A stretch of 63,202 nucleotides of DNA, counting the filler, from Octopus bimaculoides (taxonomy: Eukaryota), in assembly GCF_001194135.2 (NCBI RefSeq). It is 4 parts of 4 records of this genome, joined end to end, with 100 filler letters (N's around TTAATTAATTAA, not from the genome) between each part and the next. Parts side by side here need not be neighbours in the genome. Positions count along the whole stretch, not along the records: positions 22,205 to 52,757 come from NC_068987.1; positions 52,858 to 61,765 come from NC_068986.1; 2 more parts are not named here. One strand, written 5' to 3'. Each line of letters begins with the position of its first letter. Within the stretch, counting starts at the first letter, position 1. The notes under the pieces were generated by a model. It was not told the origin of the DNA, did not search any database, and saw only the letters and a list, made by a program, of their open reading frames with translations. The position numbers and the translations under genes were made by a program. Positions 41,906-55,380 of this stretch are shown piece after piece.

Positions 41906-43361
41906 TATTAAGGGTTTGGGAGACGGAAACTGACAGAAGCCCATCATATATATGTGCACATAAGCAAATTAAAAGTAAAAACAGGAAAAAATGACAAAAA
42001 TCAATTAGACGTACACAGTGAATATATTAGATTGACACTCAGGAAAAGTTTTAGATCAGAAAATAGTAGCGGAAATGATGTTTCAAGCACAACTCTTCAT
42101 TGGAAAGAGGTAAATGTCTAGAGAGGAGGAAAAGGCGGAAGAAGCAGATAGCATACATCTATATATGATGGGCTTCTTTCAGCTTCCATCTCGCAAATCC
42201 ACTATGTATGTGTATATGTGTACGTTATTCTCTCCTTGCCTTGATATCACACAGTAGTTGTAAGCAAGTGTCATCATCGTACAAGTAGTGTTTTTCATTT
42301 CTAATCTTCCATGGAAATTTGTCTTGTCATGGGGAAACGATACCTTGCTTGGAAACAAATAATGGTCAGTGACAGTACAGGCATCAAACCACAGAATATC
42401 ACGGGTATCAGACTTCAACTAATTTTGTCTGATTTATGCCAGCATGGAAAAGTAGATGTTAAAACGATGATGATGATTATTATTGTTGTTACAGTTCAAT
42501 TTCCAAGGTGACAAGCTAACAGAGCTGTTAGCATATTAGGGAATTTTGTCTGTCTGATTTCAAATTCCACCAAGGTCAACTTCGCCTTTCATCCCTTCAG
42601 GGCCAGTAAAATAAGTACCAGTCAAATACTGGGGATGATGCAAACGGTTAACCACCTCCCACAATTTTTCAATCCTTGTGCCTATAATAGAAAGGATTAT
42701 TACAGTTCAATTTAATAATTCAGATATAAAATAATTAGAACAAGCAAAATGTATTAGAAGTCCTTGTTTGTACAGTTCATGAGACAGGCAAACATTATGT
42801 GAAAGTTACTAGAACCTATATGAGAGAGAAAAGATGAGAGCTGAAAGCCAAGGATGGGATGAGCTACCTTGAACCATGACTGCTGACAGACATACAGTCA
42901 GCTAGACAAGTGGTCAACCTTCTTAATGTGTATAAATGGTGCAAGTATTTGTGACATCAAACACACTATAGTATTTGTGACATCAAACGTAAACTGCACC
43001 AAGAGCAATTTGCATGGAAAAGCAGTCAACAATCTTTAGTCATATGATGTGAAAAATAAAATAACCTGTTTTAAAGTTCTTTTTTTTTTCTTTTTTTTTT
43101 TTCTTTAGTTCAGCACTTATGAGAATACATTGTTAGAAAGTTAGGTGGGTAAATCATATCACCTACAGCAACTTTTCTATTAAAATGGCTTAAAAAGAGA
43201 ATTTGTTTAACGGGAAAAAAATGAGGCAAGCATGTTCTGCTGAATGTAAAACATTACTGTCAGAGAATGACAAGGTATAGACAAACTAAGAGAAAAATTT
43301 GAATATAGAAGGATTAAACTATTGTGTGCAAGAAAGGAGATTACACTGACGTGGACATGTG

Positions 43362-43402
<41 letters not shown>

Positions 43403-43686
43403 GTCCAACCCATACTAGCATGGAAAGCGGACGTTAAACGATGATGATGATGATGATGATGATATATATATATATATAAACACACATGAGTTGACTAAGA
43501 GTCCATAAGTCAGGGAAAAGATGTACCTCATATATCTGTCAATAGAGTGGGTGTATTATCTGAAATGTACAGTATTATATATCCATCACAGCTGATCTTA
43601 TCAATTGGTTTCACACAACTCTGATGAGTGCAGGAAACCAATTGGTGAGATCAGCCATGAAGGATATACAATACTGTACATTTTGG

Positions 43687-43721
<35 letters not shown>

Positions 43722-43915
43722 TGACAGCCTGGTAAAGAATTGCTAAGTGATTCAAATAAGAAGAACTTGCAGAAGACACAGGAAGAAGTATTAAAGGTTG
43801 ACCCCAGGATGCTGAACTTCGTGAAGAAGATAATAAGGGGCTGCAATATGTAGTGAGACAGTATGTTTGGAAAACACCCATCCAGCCCTTACAAGTATGG
43901 AAAAAAGAGTTGTTG

Positions 43916-43947
<32 letters not shown>

Positions 43948-44579
43948 GGTGGTGGTGGTGGCAGCAGTTGTGGCAGTGGCGGCTGTGACAACAGCTATGA
44001 TGGCAATGGCAGATGTGGTAGTTGATGATGTTTATCGTTTACTTGTTTCAGTTATTGGACTGTGGCCATGTTGGAGCACTGCCTTGGAGGATTTTAGCCA
44101 AGAAAATCAACCATCAACCCCAGTACTTAGCTATAGGGGCATAAACAAACCAACACCAGTTGTCAAGTGGTGGGGATACGGAGTCACAAACAGAAACAAT
44201 GACACACACACACACACACACATACAACACATACAACAGGCTTCTACACAGTTTCCATCAACCAAATCCACTCACAAGGTATTTGTTAGCCTAGAGCCTC
44301 AATAGAAGATATTTCCCCAAGGTGCTGCACAGTGGTACTGAACTGAAAACCATGTGGTTACAAAGCAAGCTTCTTATCCACACAGCCATACCTGTACCTA
44401 CATCTGCAGATCATATTTCAATCTCTTACTCACATACTAATCTTACAATAAGAAAAATGTATGCCTAAAATAAAAGACAGTGCAGTTTTTAAATTCTCGT
44501 GTCTTGCTTCTTATCTTCTGCAAAGCAAGTCACAGCATGAGACACTGGTTGTTTACTTTCAATGTTAACTTGAAATTAC

Positions 44580-44649
44580 TCTCGCATAGAGTTACTGTTC
44601 AGATAGTGATTAAGAGTCTGGTAAGCCATGTATTCACTCCTTCTATTGA
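44580..44649 (-). CDS. Candidate upstream LLTP exon (phase 1 to 2) NRRSEYMAYQTLNHYLNSNSMR
   Basis: Weak acceptor catttaaag|, donor GA|GTAATT; AYxxL resembles LLTP helical-domain motif; phase-compatible. Confidence 0.25.
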
Positions 44650-46757
44650 CTTTAAATGCACTTTTATATGCATATAGGTGCAGAGACATGGCTATGTGGT
44701 GAGAAGTTTGCATCTCAACCACAGGGCTCCAAGTTCACTTCCTCTATGTAGCACCTTGGGCAAGTGTCTACTGTTATAGTCTAGTGCTGACCAAAGCCTT
44801 GTGAGGCAGAAACTGTGCTTGTGTGTGTTTGTGTGCCTTTGTGTGTGTGCATGTGTGTATGTGCTTCTGTGTTTATGTGTGCGCGCATATGTGTGGATGT
44901 TTGTGTGTGCCTGTGTGTGTGTTTTTATGCCTGTCTCCCATCACCGCTTGACAACCAGTGTTGGTGTATTTATGTTCCCATAATTTAACAATTCAGCAAA
45001 AAGAGACCGATAAAATAATTACCAGTTTTAAGGAAAAAGATAAGTATTGGAGTCAATTCATCCAACTAAAAAGTGCCCCAGCATGGCCACAGTCTAACGA
45101 CTACAACAGATAAACGATAAATATAAGTATGCACACATTTTTCTTTTGTCTTTCTTTTACTTGTTTCAATCATTGGACTGTGGCCAGGCTGGGGCACTAC
45201 CTTCAAAGGTTTAGGTAAAGAGATTGACCCAGTACTTATTTTGTAAATACTAAGCTTGCTGCTTGTTTTATCAGTCTCTTTTTGCTGAACTACCAAGTTA
45301 TGGGGATGTAAACAAACACCAGTTGTCAAGCAGTGATGGGGAACAATTGCAAAGACACACACGCACACACATAAATATGAGGGGTTGCTGAAAAGTTTCT
45401 GGCTTTAAGGGTCTTGCGAAAGGCTTGGTTGGGGGCCCAACTTTCCGAGTCCTTTTACAGGGCTTAGGAAAACTGAAGTACTACTGCAATAAGTGTGTGA
45501 ATCTGAGAAGGGACTATGTTGAGTAAAATTATAATTAACCGATCCTCCCATATTTTCTTTTACCCAAAGCCAGGAACTTTTCAACACCCCCTTGTGCATA
45601 TGTATATATATATATATGTGTGTTTGTGTGTATCTTTAACTCTAACTCAGTCTTGAAAGTGGAGTTCTAAATTTAAGAATACTTTTTTTCTTTTTCTTAA
45701 TGGGTGAGCTATCAGATATTCATGGGTTCCTCCTTGGCTGTCCTACCCTGGACCAATGTACTAGCTGAATATTCACGTCTTATTAAAGCCCTTCATACAC
45801 ATAGGTAAAGCTTATAAGCCTTGCTGCCTGCTTTGGGACCTAAAGCCCTTGATGGAGTTATAGGCATGTCGTCATAACCTATGAGATGTCTGAAACATTT
45901 TTACACTTGGCTTGCCCCTTCCTTCTAATCTAACCATCACCAGTTTCTTCCAACAGGTCACCCATGTATTTCCTCCTCAACAAGATCCCTTTTCCTGTTC
46001 CTCTTTCCTACTGTATCTTGTCTCTACACCTGACACAAAACCACCTCCTTTATTACTGCACCCCCACCTGTCTGAAGGGATCTTGTCTTGTAAGCTAAGC
46101 TACTTGGTGTTGGTGCCACAAAAATGCATCTGGCACATTACGTAAAGTGGTTGCTATTAGGAATGGCATCCAGTCATGGAAACATTGCCAAAACAGATAC
46201 TGGAGCCCATCAGAACCCTCTCAAGTTGGTCAAATCCTGTCAAATTGTCCAACCCATGTTAGCATAGTACACAGGCATTAAACAATGATGATGATGAAGA
46301 TAAGAGAGAAGGATAGACAGACAGATATAAATATAAAGAGTGAGGGAAAGAGAGGAATGCTACTTTATTTGTTGGTTCCTAAAAGATGAAGGTAAAGTTG
46401 AGCTTGACAGGATTTGAACTCAGATGCAGAGAGCATGAACGATTCCTACAAAGCAATCCAGCTGACACTTTAACAACTCTCTCAGTTGGCGACCTTACAC
46501 ACACACACAGCTTTTATCTTTTATTTGTTTTTGTCATTAAATTGTGGCCATGCTGGGGCACCGCCCTGGAGAATTTTTATAAGAATGAATAGACCCCAGA
46601 ACATTTTTGTTAAGCCTGATACTTATTCTATTGGTCTCCTTTGCTGAACTGCTAAGTTATAGGGACATAAACCATAAACACACCAATGTCAGTTGTCAGG
46701 CAGTGATAGGAGACAAACACAGACACATATGAGTACACACACACACANNNNNNNNNN

Positions 46758-46799
<42 letters not shown>

Positions 46800-47218
46800 G
46801 CTTGTTTCAGTTTCTGTCTACTATATTCACTAACAAGGTTTTGGTTGGCCAAAGCTAAAGTAGAAAACACTTGTCCAAAGTGCCACACAGTGGGACTGAA
46901 CCCTGAACCATTTGCTTGGGAAATAAACTTCTTACCACACATACCACACAGCCATGCTTGTACCTATGGTTACATATTGGTAGGAAAATATTAGTTATTA
47001 TAACTTTGATCTCTGTTTACTACGTTCCAGGAGAATGTTCAAATTTTCCTGAAGTCAAAGCAAATGGAGGGAGTGATTAAGAGAATAGAAAAAGAAATGG
47101 AATAGAATACAGGAATAACAATAAGCCTGTCCTTTTCCTTGATAGTATGTCAGCTTTGAAGAATCCTTGATTCTTGAGATTTGACCCAAGCTTTCATAGC
47201 AAATCATAATCTGCTCAC

Positions 47219-47267
47219 CATAGGAATTCTCATTGACGCTTTTAATTATAGAAAAGAGTTGGCCTCT
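47219..47267 (-). CDS. Candidate upstream LLTP exon (phase 0 to 1) RGQLFSIIKSVNENSY
   Basis: Strong sites cccgcctttcag| and TG|GTGAGC; only one open frame. Confidence 0.4.
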
Positions 47268-48482
47268 CTGAAAGGCGGGAAGTGAATCTATTAGCATTAC
47301 ATATTTCTATGTGGGGCACAGCTGCCACGTACACTGATAGCTCCAAAATTATGTTTGACTGAGAAATAGCACATCATAGCCCACTTCTACACCAATAATG
47401 AACTGAAAGACTACAATAGTAGTTCCATTGATTGAACAACTGGAGCACATGTTTAGCCGAATCAATGAGAGATTTCATCAAATTTGTGTGTGTGTATCCA
47501 CATGTGCATCCATATGAGTGTGTATAAATGTATGTATTTGTGTATTATATAATTTAATGAGTTGTGTGTGTGTGTGTGTACACATGCTGGTGTATGTGTA
47601 TGTGTGAATGTGTTTGTGTAATGTATTGTTGTGTGTGTTTACTTTACAATTACATGGTTTGGGGTTCATTCCCAATGTATGGTACCTTGGGTAAGTGTCT
47701 TCTACTATGGCCCTGGGTTGACCAATAATCTTTTCTACTCTAGGCACAAGGCCCAAAATTTTGAGGGAGGTGGCCAGTCAATTAGATCAACCCCAGTATG
47801 CAACTGCTACTTAATTTATCGACCTTGAAAGGATGAAATGCAAAGTCAACCTTGGCAGAATTTGAACTCAGAACGTAAAGACAGACAAAATACCACTAAG
47901 CATTTCACCCAGCATGCTAACATCTCTGCCTGCTCGCCACCTTCTTGGGTTGATCAATAATGCCTTGTGACTGAATTTGGTAGGCAAAGCCTGCTGTGTG
48001 TGTGTGCTTTTGTTTATCTTTCTCCACTCCACCATTTGACAACCAGTGTTGGTTTGTTTATATCCCCATAACTTAGTGGTTCAGCAAAAGAGACTGCTAG
48101 AATATGTACCAGATTTTAAAAATAAGTTCTGGGATTCATTTGTTCTATTAAAGCTTTCAAGTCAGTGCCCCTAGCATGACCACAGTCCAATGGCTGAAAC
48201 AAGCAAAAAAAAAAAAAAAAAGGTAAAAAGATAACCCCCCTCTCCCCCCTTCTCCCAAAACTTCCTGCCTTGTGTCTAAATTTAAAATAATTATTATTTT
48301 TGTTTTTTCATATTTATATGGCAACGAACTGGTAGAATAGTTAGCATGCCAAACAAAATGCATAGCCATATTTCATCCATCTTTACAATCTGAGTTCAAA
48401 TTCCACCAAAGTCAACTTCACCTTTCATCCTTTTGGGATTAATATCAATAAAATGGTGTTGCCATCCGGTTTCACCAGTCTT

Positions 48483-48507
48483 CTAACCCTAACCCTAACC
48501 CTAACCC
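48483..48507 (-). repeat. Interstitial (TTAGGG)n telomere-type repeat
   Basis: ctaaccctaaccctaaccctaaccc; degenerate TTAGGG tracts also at about 30415-30445 and 30730-30780. Confidence 0.8.
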
Positions 48508-48974
48508 ATGCTAGCATGGAAAGCGGACGTTAAACGATGATGATGATGATGATGAAAATAAGCAGCAGTTGAGCATTGGGGTCAATGTAATTAACTTCAC
48601 CACCCTTCAAAATTGCTGGCCTTGTGCCAAAATAAGAAAGGATTATTTCATGCGTATATCGAATAATGAACAATATTCGGAAGTAATTATACATATCTGT
48701 GTGCGTGTGGGTCTGCTTTTGTTTAGTTTCTTTTGTGTGTATTCTTTGTAGTAATTTTTTTAAAAAACGTGCTTCAAAATCTGATGATAATTTTGTTTTT
48801 CCATGTTACATATATTTGAATTCCCTTTAATCATTTTACAGTGCCATTCTCTAAATAAAAAAACCAGTTAGACTTGTTAATGTATAATAGTCGTCTGTAC
48901 GAAGACTGCTATTGCATGACTTTAGCTGTAAAATGTGTATATGACCTGTGTATTTCCCCATTAGCATGCATGTA

Positions 48975-49028
<54 letters not shown>

Positions 49029-49381
49029 GCTGTATGTATGTATGTGTGTGTGTGTATAGAGAGAGAGACAGACAGACAGATGGATACATATATATATATA
49101 TATATATATATGTATAGGTGTATATATATAAATGTATATATATATAAATATTTATACGTTTGTGTATGTACATATATACATACACAAGCATATAAATACA
49201 TATATGTATTTAAAGGCGGTGCTCCAGCATGGCCACAGTCAAAAAGACTGAAACAAGTAAAAGAGTAAAAGAGATATATATGTTATATATATATATATAT
49301 CATCAAAATTAGGTAGCTGACCTAAAAATATGTATATGTATGAATATACATATGTATATGTATACATATTTATAAATATGT

Positions 49382-49444
<63 letters not shown>

Positions 49445-50087
49445 CATNNNNNNNNNNNNNNNNNNNNNNNNNNNNNNNNNNNNNNNNNNNNNNNNNNNNN
49501 NNNNNNNNNNNNNNNNNNNNNNNNNNNNNNNNNNNNNNNNNNNNNNNNNNNNNNNNNNNNNNNNNNNNNNNNNNNNNNNNNNNNNNNNNNNNNNNNNNNN
49601 NNNNNNNNNNNNNNNNNNNNNNNNNNNNNNNNNNNNNNNNNNNNNNNNNNNNNNNNNNNNNNNNNNNNNNNNNNNNNNNNNNNNNNNNNNNNNNNNNNNN
49701 NNNNNNNNNNNNNNNNNNNNNNNNNNNNNNNNNNNNNNNNNNNNNNNNNNNNNNNNNNNNNNNNNNNNNNNNNNNNNNNNNNNNNNNNNNNNNNNNNNNN
49801 NNNNNNNNNNNNNNNNNNNNNNNNNNNNNNNNNNNNNNNNNNNNNNNNNNNNNNNNNNNNNNNNNNNNNNNNNNNNNNNNNNNNNNNNNNNNNNNNNNNN
49901 NNNNNNNNNNNNNNNNNNNNNNNNNNNNNNNNNNNNNNNNNNNNNNNNNNNNNNNNNNNNNNNNNNNNNNNNNNNNNNNNNNNNNNNNNNNNNNNNNNNN
50001 NNNNNNNNNNNNNNNNNNNNNNNNNNNNNNNNNNNNNNNNNNNNNNNNNNNNNNNNNNNNNNNNNNNNNNNNNNNNNNNNNNNNNNN

Positions 50088-50131
<44 letters not shown>

Positions 50132-50201
50132 GCACACACACATATATATATATAGAAAGAATCAATTTTTTTTCTCCGTGTTTTTCTCCTTGTCTCCGTA
50201 T

Positions 50202-50238
50202 TCTTTCTGTTGAAGAGCGTAGCTCGAAACGTCAAAGA
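50202..50238 (+). ncRNA. Minimal type I hammerhead ribozyme-like motif
   Basis: TCTTT / CTGTTGA-A / GAGC-GTA-GCTC / GAAA / ACGT palindrome / C17 / AAAGA. Confidence 0.65.
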
Positions 50239-50650
50239 CTTTCCGTATTCCCGAGCGTCATACTAATATATACTTTTGTTATTTACACCACCTGTCCTCG
50301 TCTGTTGTTATTATTTGTATATTCTCCCATATAGAAAGAAATATAATGAATGGACACTTGAAAATAGAGACATTGTTATATATTTTAAAATATGTACATA
50401 TATTATATATCTACTTCCCATATGGATGTGTATTACTGGTAGCAATCTGACACGTGCTTTGCTATCATAAGTGGAAAGGGAAACAGGTACCCATGAGATA
50501 ATTTAGTACTTGTATACAAGCCAATAACGGAAAATCCAAAAGTAACAAATTAAACAGAAAATTCTAGAAGTCTCATCCGGCATTTTACCCATGCACACAC
50601 ACACACACACACACTTGTAAATAATACATGTGTGTGTGTGTGTGTTTTAT

Positions 50651-50776
50651 TAATAAAGCTGCAAAAACTGTTACTCAGTGTTTCATGTTCCCATTTGTTG
50701 GACCAAAATTGTCCAACGAACAGGAATGTGAAACTCTGAGTAACAGTTTTTGTGATGTGTTTTTGCAGCTTTATTA
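50651..50776. mobile_element. MITE-like hairpin element
   Basis: Arms of about 53 bp around a 7-nt loop, with a small insertion in the right arm. Confidence 0.7.
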
Positions 50777-51783
50777 TTAAAGCTTATTACTCTACCTCTG
50801 GTATTCGAGTACTATTTTCTCCACCTTGTTTCACATTTATGTGCTTACTCTGGTATATATATATACATATATATTTATATTGAAAAAAAAAGTCGTCAGA
50901 ATTTTGGAATAACTTCTTTCATTTATTTTATACATATATTAGCACTTTCGTTCGTCTTTCGAACTTGTCAAATATAATTCTGTGAAAATACAGAGATCTT
51001 GCTTATTTATATAAAACAGGTGTTTTTTGGGGTTTTGTTTATAACAGAACATTGTTTTTTTTTTGTTTTTATTTTGTTTTTTTGGGGTGAGGCTTTGGAG
51101 ACAATGGAAGATGTATAAGCAGATAGATAGATAGATAGATNNNNNNNNNNNNNNNNNNNNNNNNNNNNNNNNNNNNNNNNNNNNNNNNNNNNNNNNNNNN
51201 NNNNNNNNNNNNNNNNNNNNNNNNNNNNNNNNNNNNNNNNNNNNNNNNNNNNNNNNNNNNNNNNNNNNNNNNNNNNNNNNNNNNNNNNNNNNNNNNNNNN
51301 NNNNNNNNNNNNNNNNNNNNNNNNNNNNNNNNNNNNNNNNNNNNNNNNNNNNNNNNNNNNNNNNNNNNNNNNNNNNNNNNNNNNNNNNNNNNNNNNNNNN
51401 NNNNNNNNNNNNNNNNNNNNNNNNNNNNNNNNNNNNNNNNNNNNNNNNNNNNNNNNNNNNNNNNNNNNNNNNNNNNNNNNNNNNNNNNNNNNNNNNNNNN
51501 NNNNNNNNNNNNNNNNNNNNNNNNNNNNNNNNNNNNNNNNNNNNNNNNNNNNNNNNNNNNNNNNNNNNNNNNNNNNNNNNNNNNNNNNNNNNNNNNNNNN
51601 NNNNNNNNNNNNNNNNNNNNNNNNNNNNNNNNNNNNNNNNNNNNNNNNNNNNNNNNNNNNNNNNNNNNNNNNNNNNNNNNNNNNNNNNNNNNNNNNNNNN
51701 NNNNNNNNNNNNNNNNNNNNNNNNNNNNNNNNNNNNNNNNNNNNNNNNNNNNNNNNNNNNNNNNNNNNNNNNNNNNNNNNNNN

Positions 51784-51815
<32 letters not shown>

Positions 51816-52434
51816 ATGTGTGTGTGTGTGTGAACATAATTGGTTGTTATATATACACATATAGTGCTAAGAAACTCCAGAGAGCTGAACAGCTGAAGGT
51901 TATTTTTGAGAAGAAACTCCCTTAGGCAAATGTTTCAGTCCTTATCTCATTCTCATTATATTCTAAGTGGGGCAGGCTGTATCCAGGTCCCTTCTGCTGT
52001 CACTTTCTAGCAACTTGAATATGAGAGACTTGTGATTTAAACCACTTGGAAATTGCATCTTGTTCTGACTCCTCTCCATTTACTCAGTTTTGTAATTTAA
52101 ACTTAAAGAAGAAATAACATTGGTCATCATATAGTGTTATTCCTTCTTTATACATATAAAGAAGAAACACAGGCTCATCCCCTGCAACTGTCTCCAACTG
52201 AGCATCCCTAATTTTGTAGGTTCATAGGTGCTGGTGCTATGTAAAAAGTACCCGTGCTTCTGCTGCATAAAAACACCCAGTACACTCTATAAAGTGGTCG
52301 GCATTAAGAAGGACATTCAGCCATAGAAACCATCCCAAAACAGAAAGGGCAGCTGAACAGCCCTTCAAATGGTCAACTCCTGTCAAACCATCCAACCTGT
52401 CCCAGCATGGAAAACGGACATTAAATGATGAAAT

Positions 52435-52757
52435 TGGAAGAACGGTGGTAGCAGGGAATTGTACCAATGTGCCAGAAGGGAGGCTAGGCGACAGGTTTAT
52501 TTAGCCAGAGGGGAAGCAGATAAGGAAAGATTTGCCAATGTTCTGCGCCGTGAGGACCAAAGACTCGAGGTATTTCGTGTTGCAAGACAGTGTAGGAGAG
52601 AGAATAGTGATGTTGTAGGAGAGAAATGTGTTCGCATGGATGATGGTACGCTTGCATTAAATGAGGATGCAAAGAAAGAGGTCTGGAGATGCCACTACGA
52701 TAGATTGCTTAATAAAGAGAATGAATGGGAGAAAGAGAGCCTGCCGTATGTCGACCC
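52435..52757 (+). mobile_element. RTE LINE ORF2 internal fragment, truncated by gap
   Basis: ARREARRQVYLARGEA..WRCHYDRLLNKENEWEKE; about 7 mismatches versus copy 1 over about 240 bp by eye. Confidence 0.85.
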
Positions 52758-53284
52758 NNNNNNNNNNNNNNNNNNNNNNNNNNNNNNNNNNNNNNNNNNN
52801 NTTAATTAATTAANNNNNNNNNNNNNNNNNNNNNNNNNNNNNNNNNNNNNNNNNNNNTGTCATACCGGCCATGATGAAATACCACAAGGTATAGAAAATA
52901 CGTATTCGCCTTTATATATTTAATCCGACAGTCTGTTACAGTCTGTCATACCGGCCATGATGAAATACCACAAGGTATAGAAAATACTATTCGCCTTTAT
53001 ATATTTATATATTTAATCCTTTATATTGAACACTCAATATATCATATATTCAATAAGACATATTCCATATATTCAATAAGACATGCAATACTTCATTTCA
53101 TTATACCAGCCATATTTTTTTATATTATATATTATATATTCCATATTCTATATCCCACATAAATTTTACAAGAATATAAATAAAAAACATAAAAAACAGA
53201 CAGAGTTGGAACTCTTTTAAATAAAATAATATATATATATATACACACACACACATGTATAAACGTATCTATTTATCATTTCAT

Positions 53285-53319
<35 letters not shown>

Positions 53320-54685
53320 CCTATCTAAGTCATATGGAAATGTTTTACGTCGGAAGACAACAGTTGATAAGTTCAGCGAAGCATATGCTGCTTTATAATT
53401 TGTAGAAGATACACTGGAAGGAACCGACGCATTCGGAGATCACTTGGTTATCTATTTTGTAGCGTGGTATTGCAATTCAGGATATGGCTGTTGTTTTTAT
53501 TGCTGCCAGTGTTGATGCTGCTGTTGTGTGTTGTTGCTAAGTCCCAAATCAATTTCCTCGACCCGACCTATGATCATAGATGTCCCATTAATAAACATGT
53601 CTTTGTAGGGTTCTCTATGATTAGACTTTTCTCAAAGAGAAATTTACCATTTCTGATAAAACGAACAACCATGTAGAGGCTCTCTTGCTGGTCAAAGTAT
53701 TTTATTGTTGTCTTTAACACCAGAGAAGACATATAATCAAAGGCATGCCAACCCTGATCCTCCCGTCTTTTTCTTATGCGTAAGGAACCCAAGCCCACAC
53801 TATCGAAAGTTTCCTTGTTTTAAAAGACAGTTGGAAGTGATGTGAGGGAGAACACGTTATTATTTTTAGCAGGTCTAGGGAACATGTAAAACAATTATGA
53901 TCAAACTGTGGAAATTTCTGAATGCACGCCTAGCGAAAATTTACCTTGTATTGTTATAGTAATGTGGCCCGCATAATGTTGAGTGATGCTTTATGCGACC
54001 CGCTTCTAGGAAAAGGTTGTCCGTGCTACAGGCAGAAGCTTGGTTAAATATTTATGGGATAGGTTCGCATATTATATCAATTGCTTAAGTACTATTCTGA
54101 TATTAGTTGTTCTCGCGGGGCCTTCTAGAAAGCCAGCGAATTTACAAAGACGTAATGCTTAGAAAAGTAGTCTTGGTTGTGTTAAAGATGAGTAGTCGCC
54201 ATGAAAGGTAAACATAGATTGTGAGACAATATTTTGATGGGAGCATGAATGTTATTAAGGCAGAGGTTTTCTGTTGTTTTGAATGAACAAAATAAAAAAG
54301 AATTCACCCCACCACATTTCAAATCATTATTTTCCTCGTGGGGTTTGCTAAGACGTCACACAGTTAATGAAAACTACTCATCTCTTAGGATTCTTGTTTT
54401 GATAAATGCAAATCAAGAACCCTGGGTGTCCGTCTGCTACAGACGAATGTTGATGAATGAATGTGTGGATATAGTATGAACAACTGTGAGAAGGTATAAG
54501 TCTGTTTGTTAGTGCCTATCTGCGTTTGAATGTGTGTGTATGTATGTGTGGGTGTGCGTGTATGCGTGCGGACGCGCGTGTGTGCGTGTGATTCGTGCAC
54601 GTGTCTGAGTATCATTATAGTACCTTTATGGCGCATACCTAGCTATAACTATGCAGCGACATAGACACACGCGTGCGGGTACACG

Positions 54686-54739
<54 letters not shown>

Positions 54740-54844
54740 CGAGAGAGAGAGAGATGGCTAGACAGATAGATATAGATATCTACATACGATTACATACATA
54801 CATACATACATATACATTTATATATATTATGTATATATTGTTTT

Positions 54845-55043
54845 ATTTGCTTTAGTTATTTCACTGCAATCATGCTGGAGCACCTCTTTTAGTCGAACAA
54901 ATCGACACGAGGAATTATTCTTTGTAAGCCTAGTACTTACTTTGTCGATCACTTTTGCCGAACCACTAATTTACAGGGACGTAAACACACCAACGTCGGT
55001 TGTCAAGCGATGGTGGGTGACGAACACAAACACACAAGCATAA

Positions 55044-55128
<85 letters not shown>

Positions 55129-55290
55129 CACGACGGGATTCTTTCGGTTTCCGTCTACAAAATACACTCACAAAGCTTTGGTCGGCCTGTGGCTATAGTA
55201 GAAGTCACTTGCACAAGGCGCTACGCACTGCGACTGAACCAGGAACCGTGTGGTTGGTAGGCAAGCTACTTACCACACAACCCCTCCAGT
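54845..55290 (-). mobile_element. CORE-type SINE copy
   Basis: Reverse complement of the 19790 family. Confidence 0.8.
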
Positions 55291-55317
55291 GCCTAGTATA
55301 TATATATATATAGAGAG

Positions 55318-55380
<63 letters not shown>

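Noticed and set aside
53574-53798. 74-aa minus-strand ORF
   Set aside because: No splice-site or homology support that I can see.
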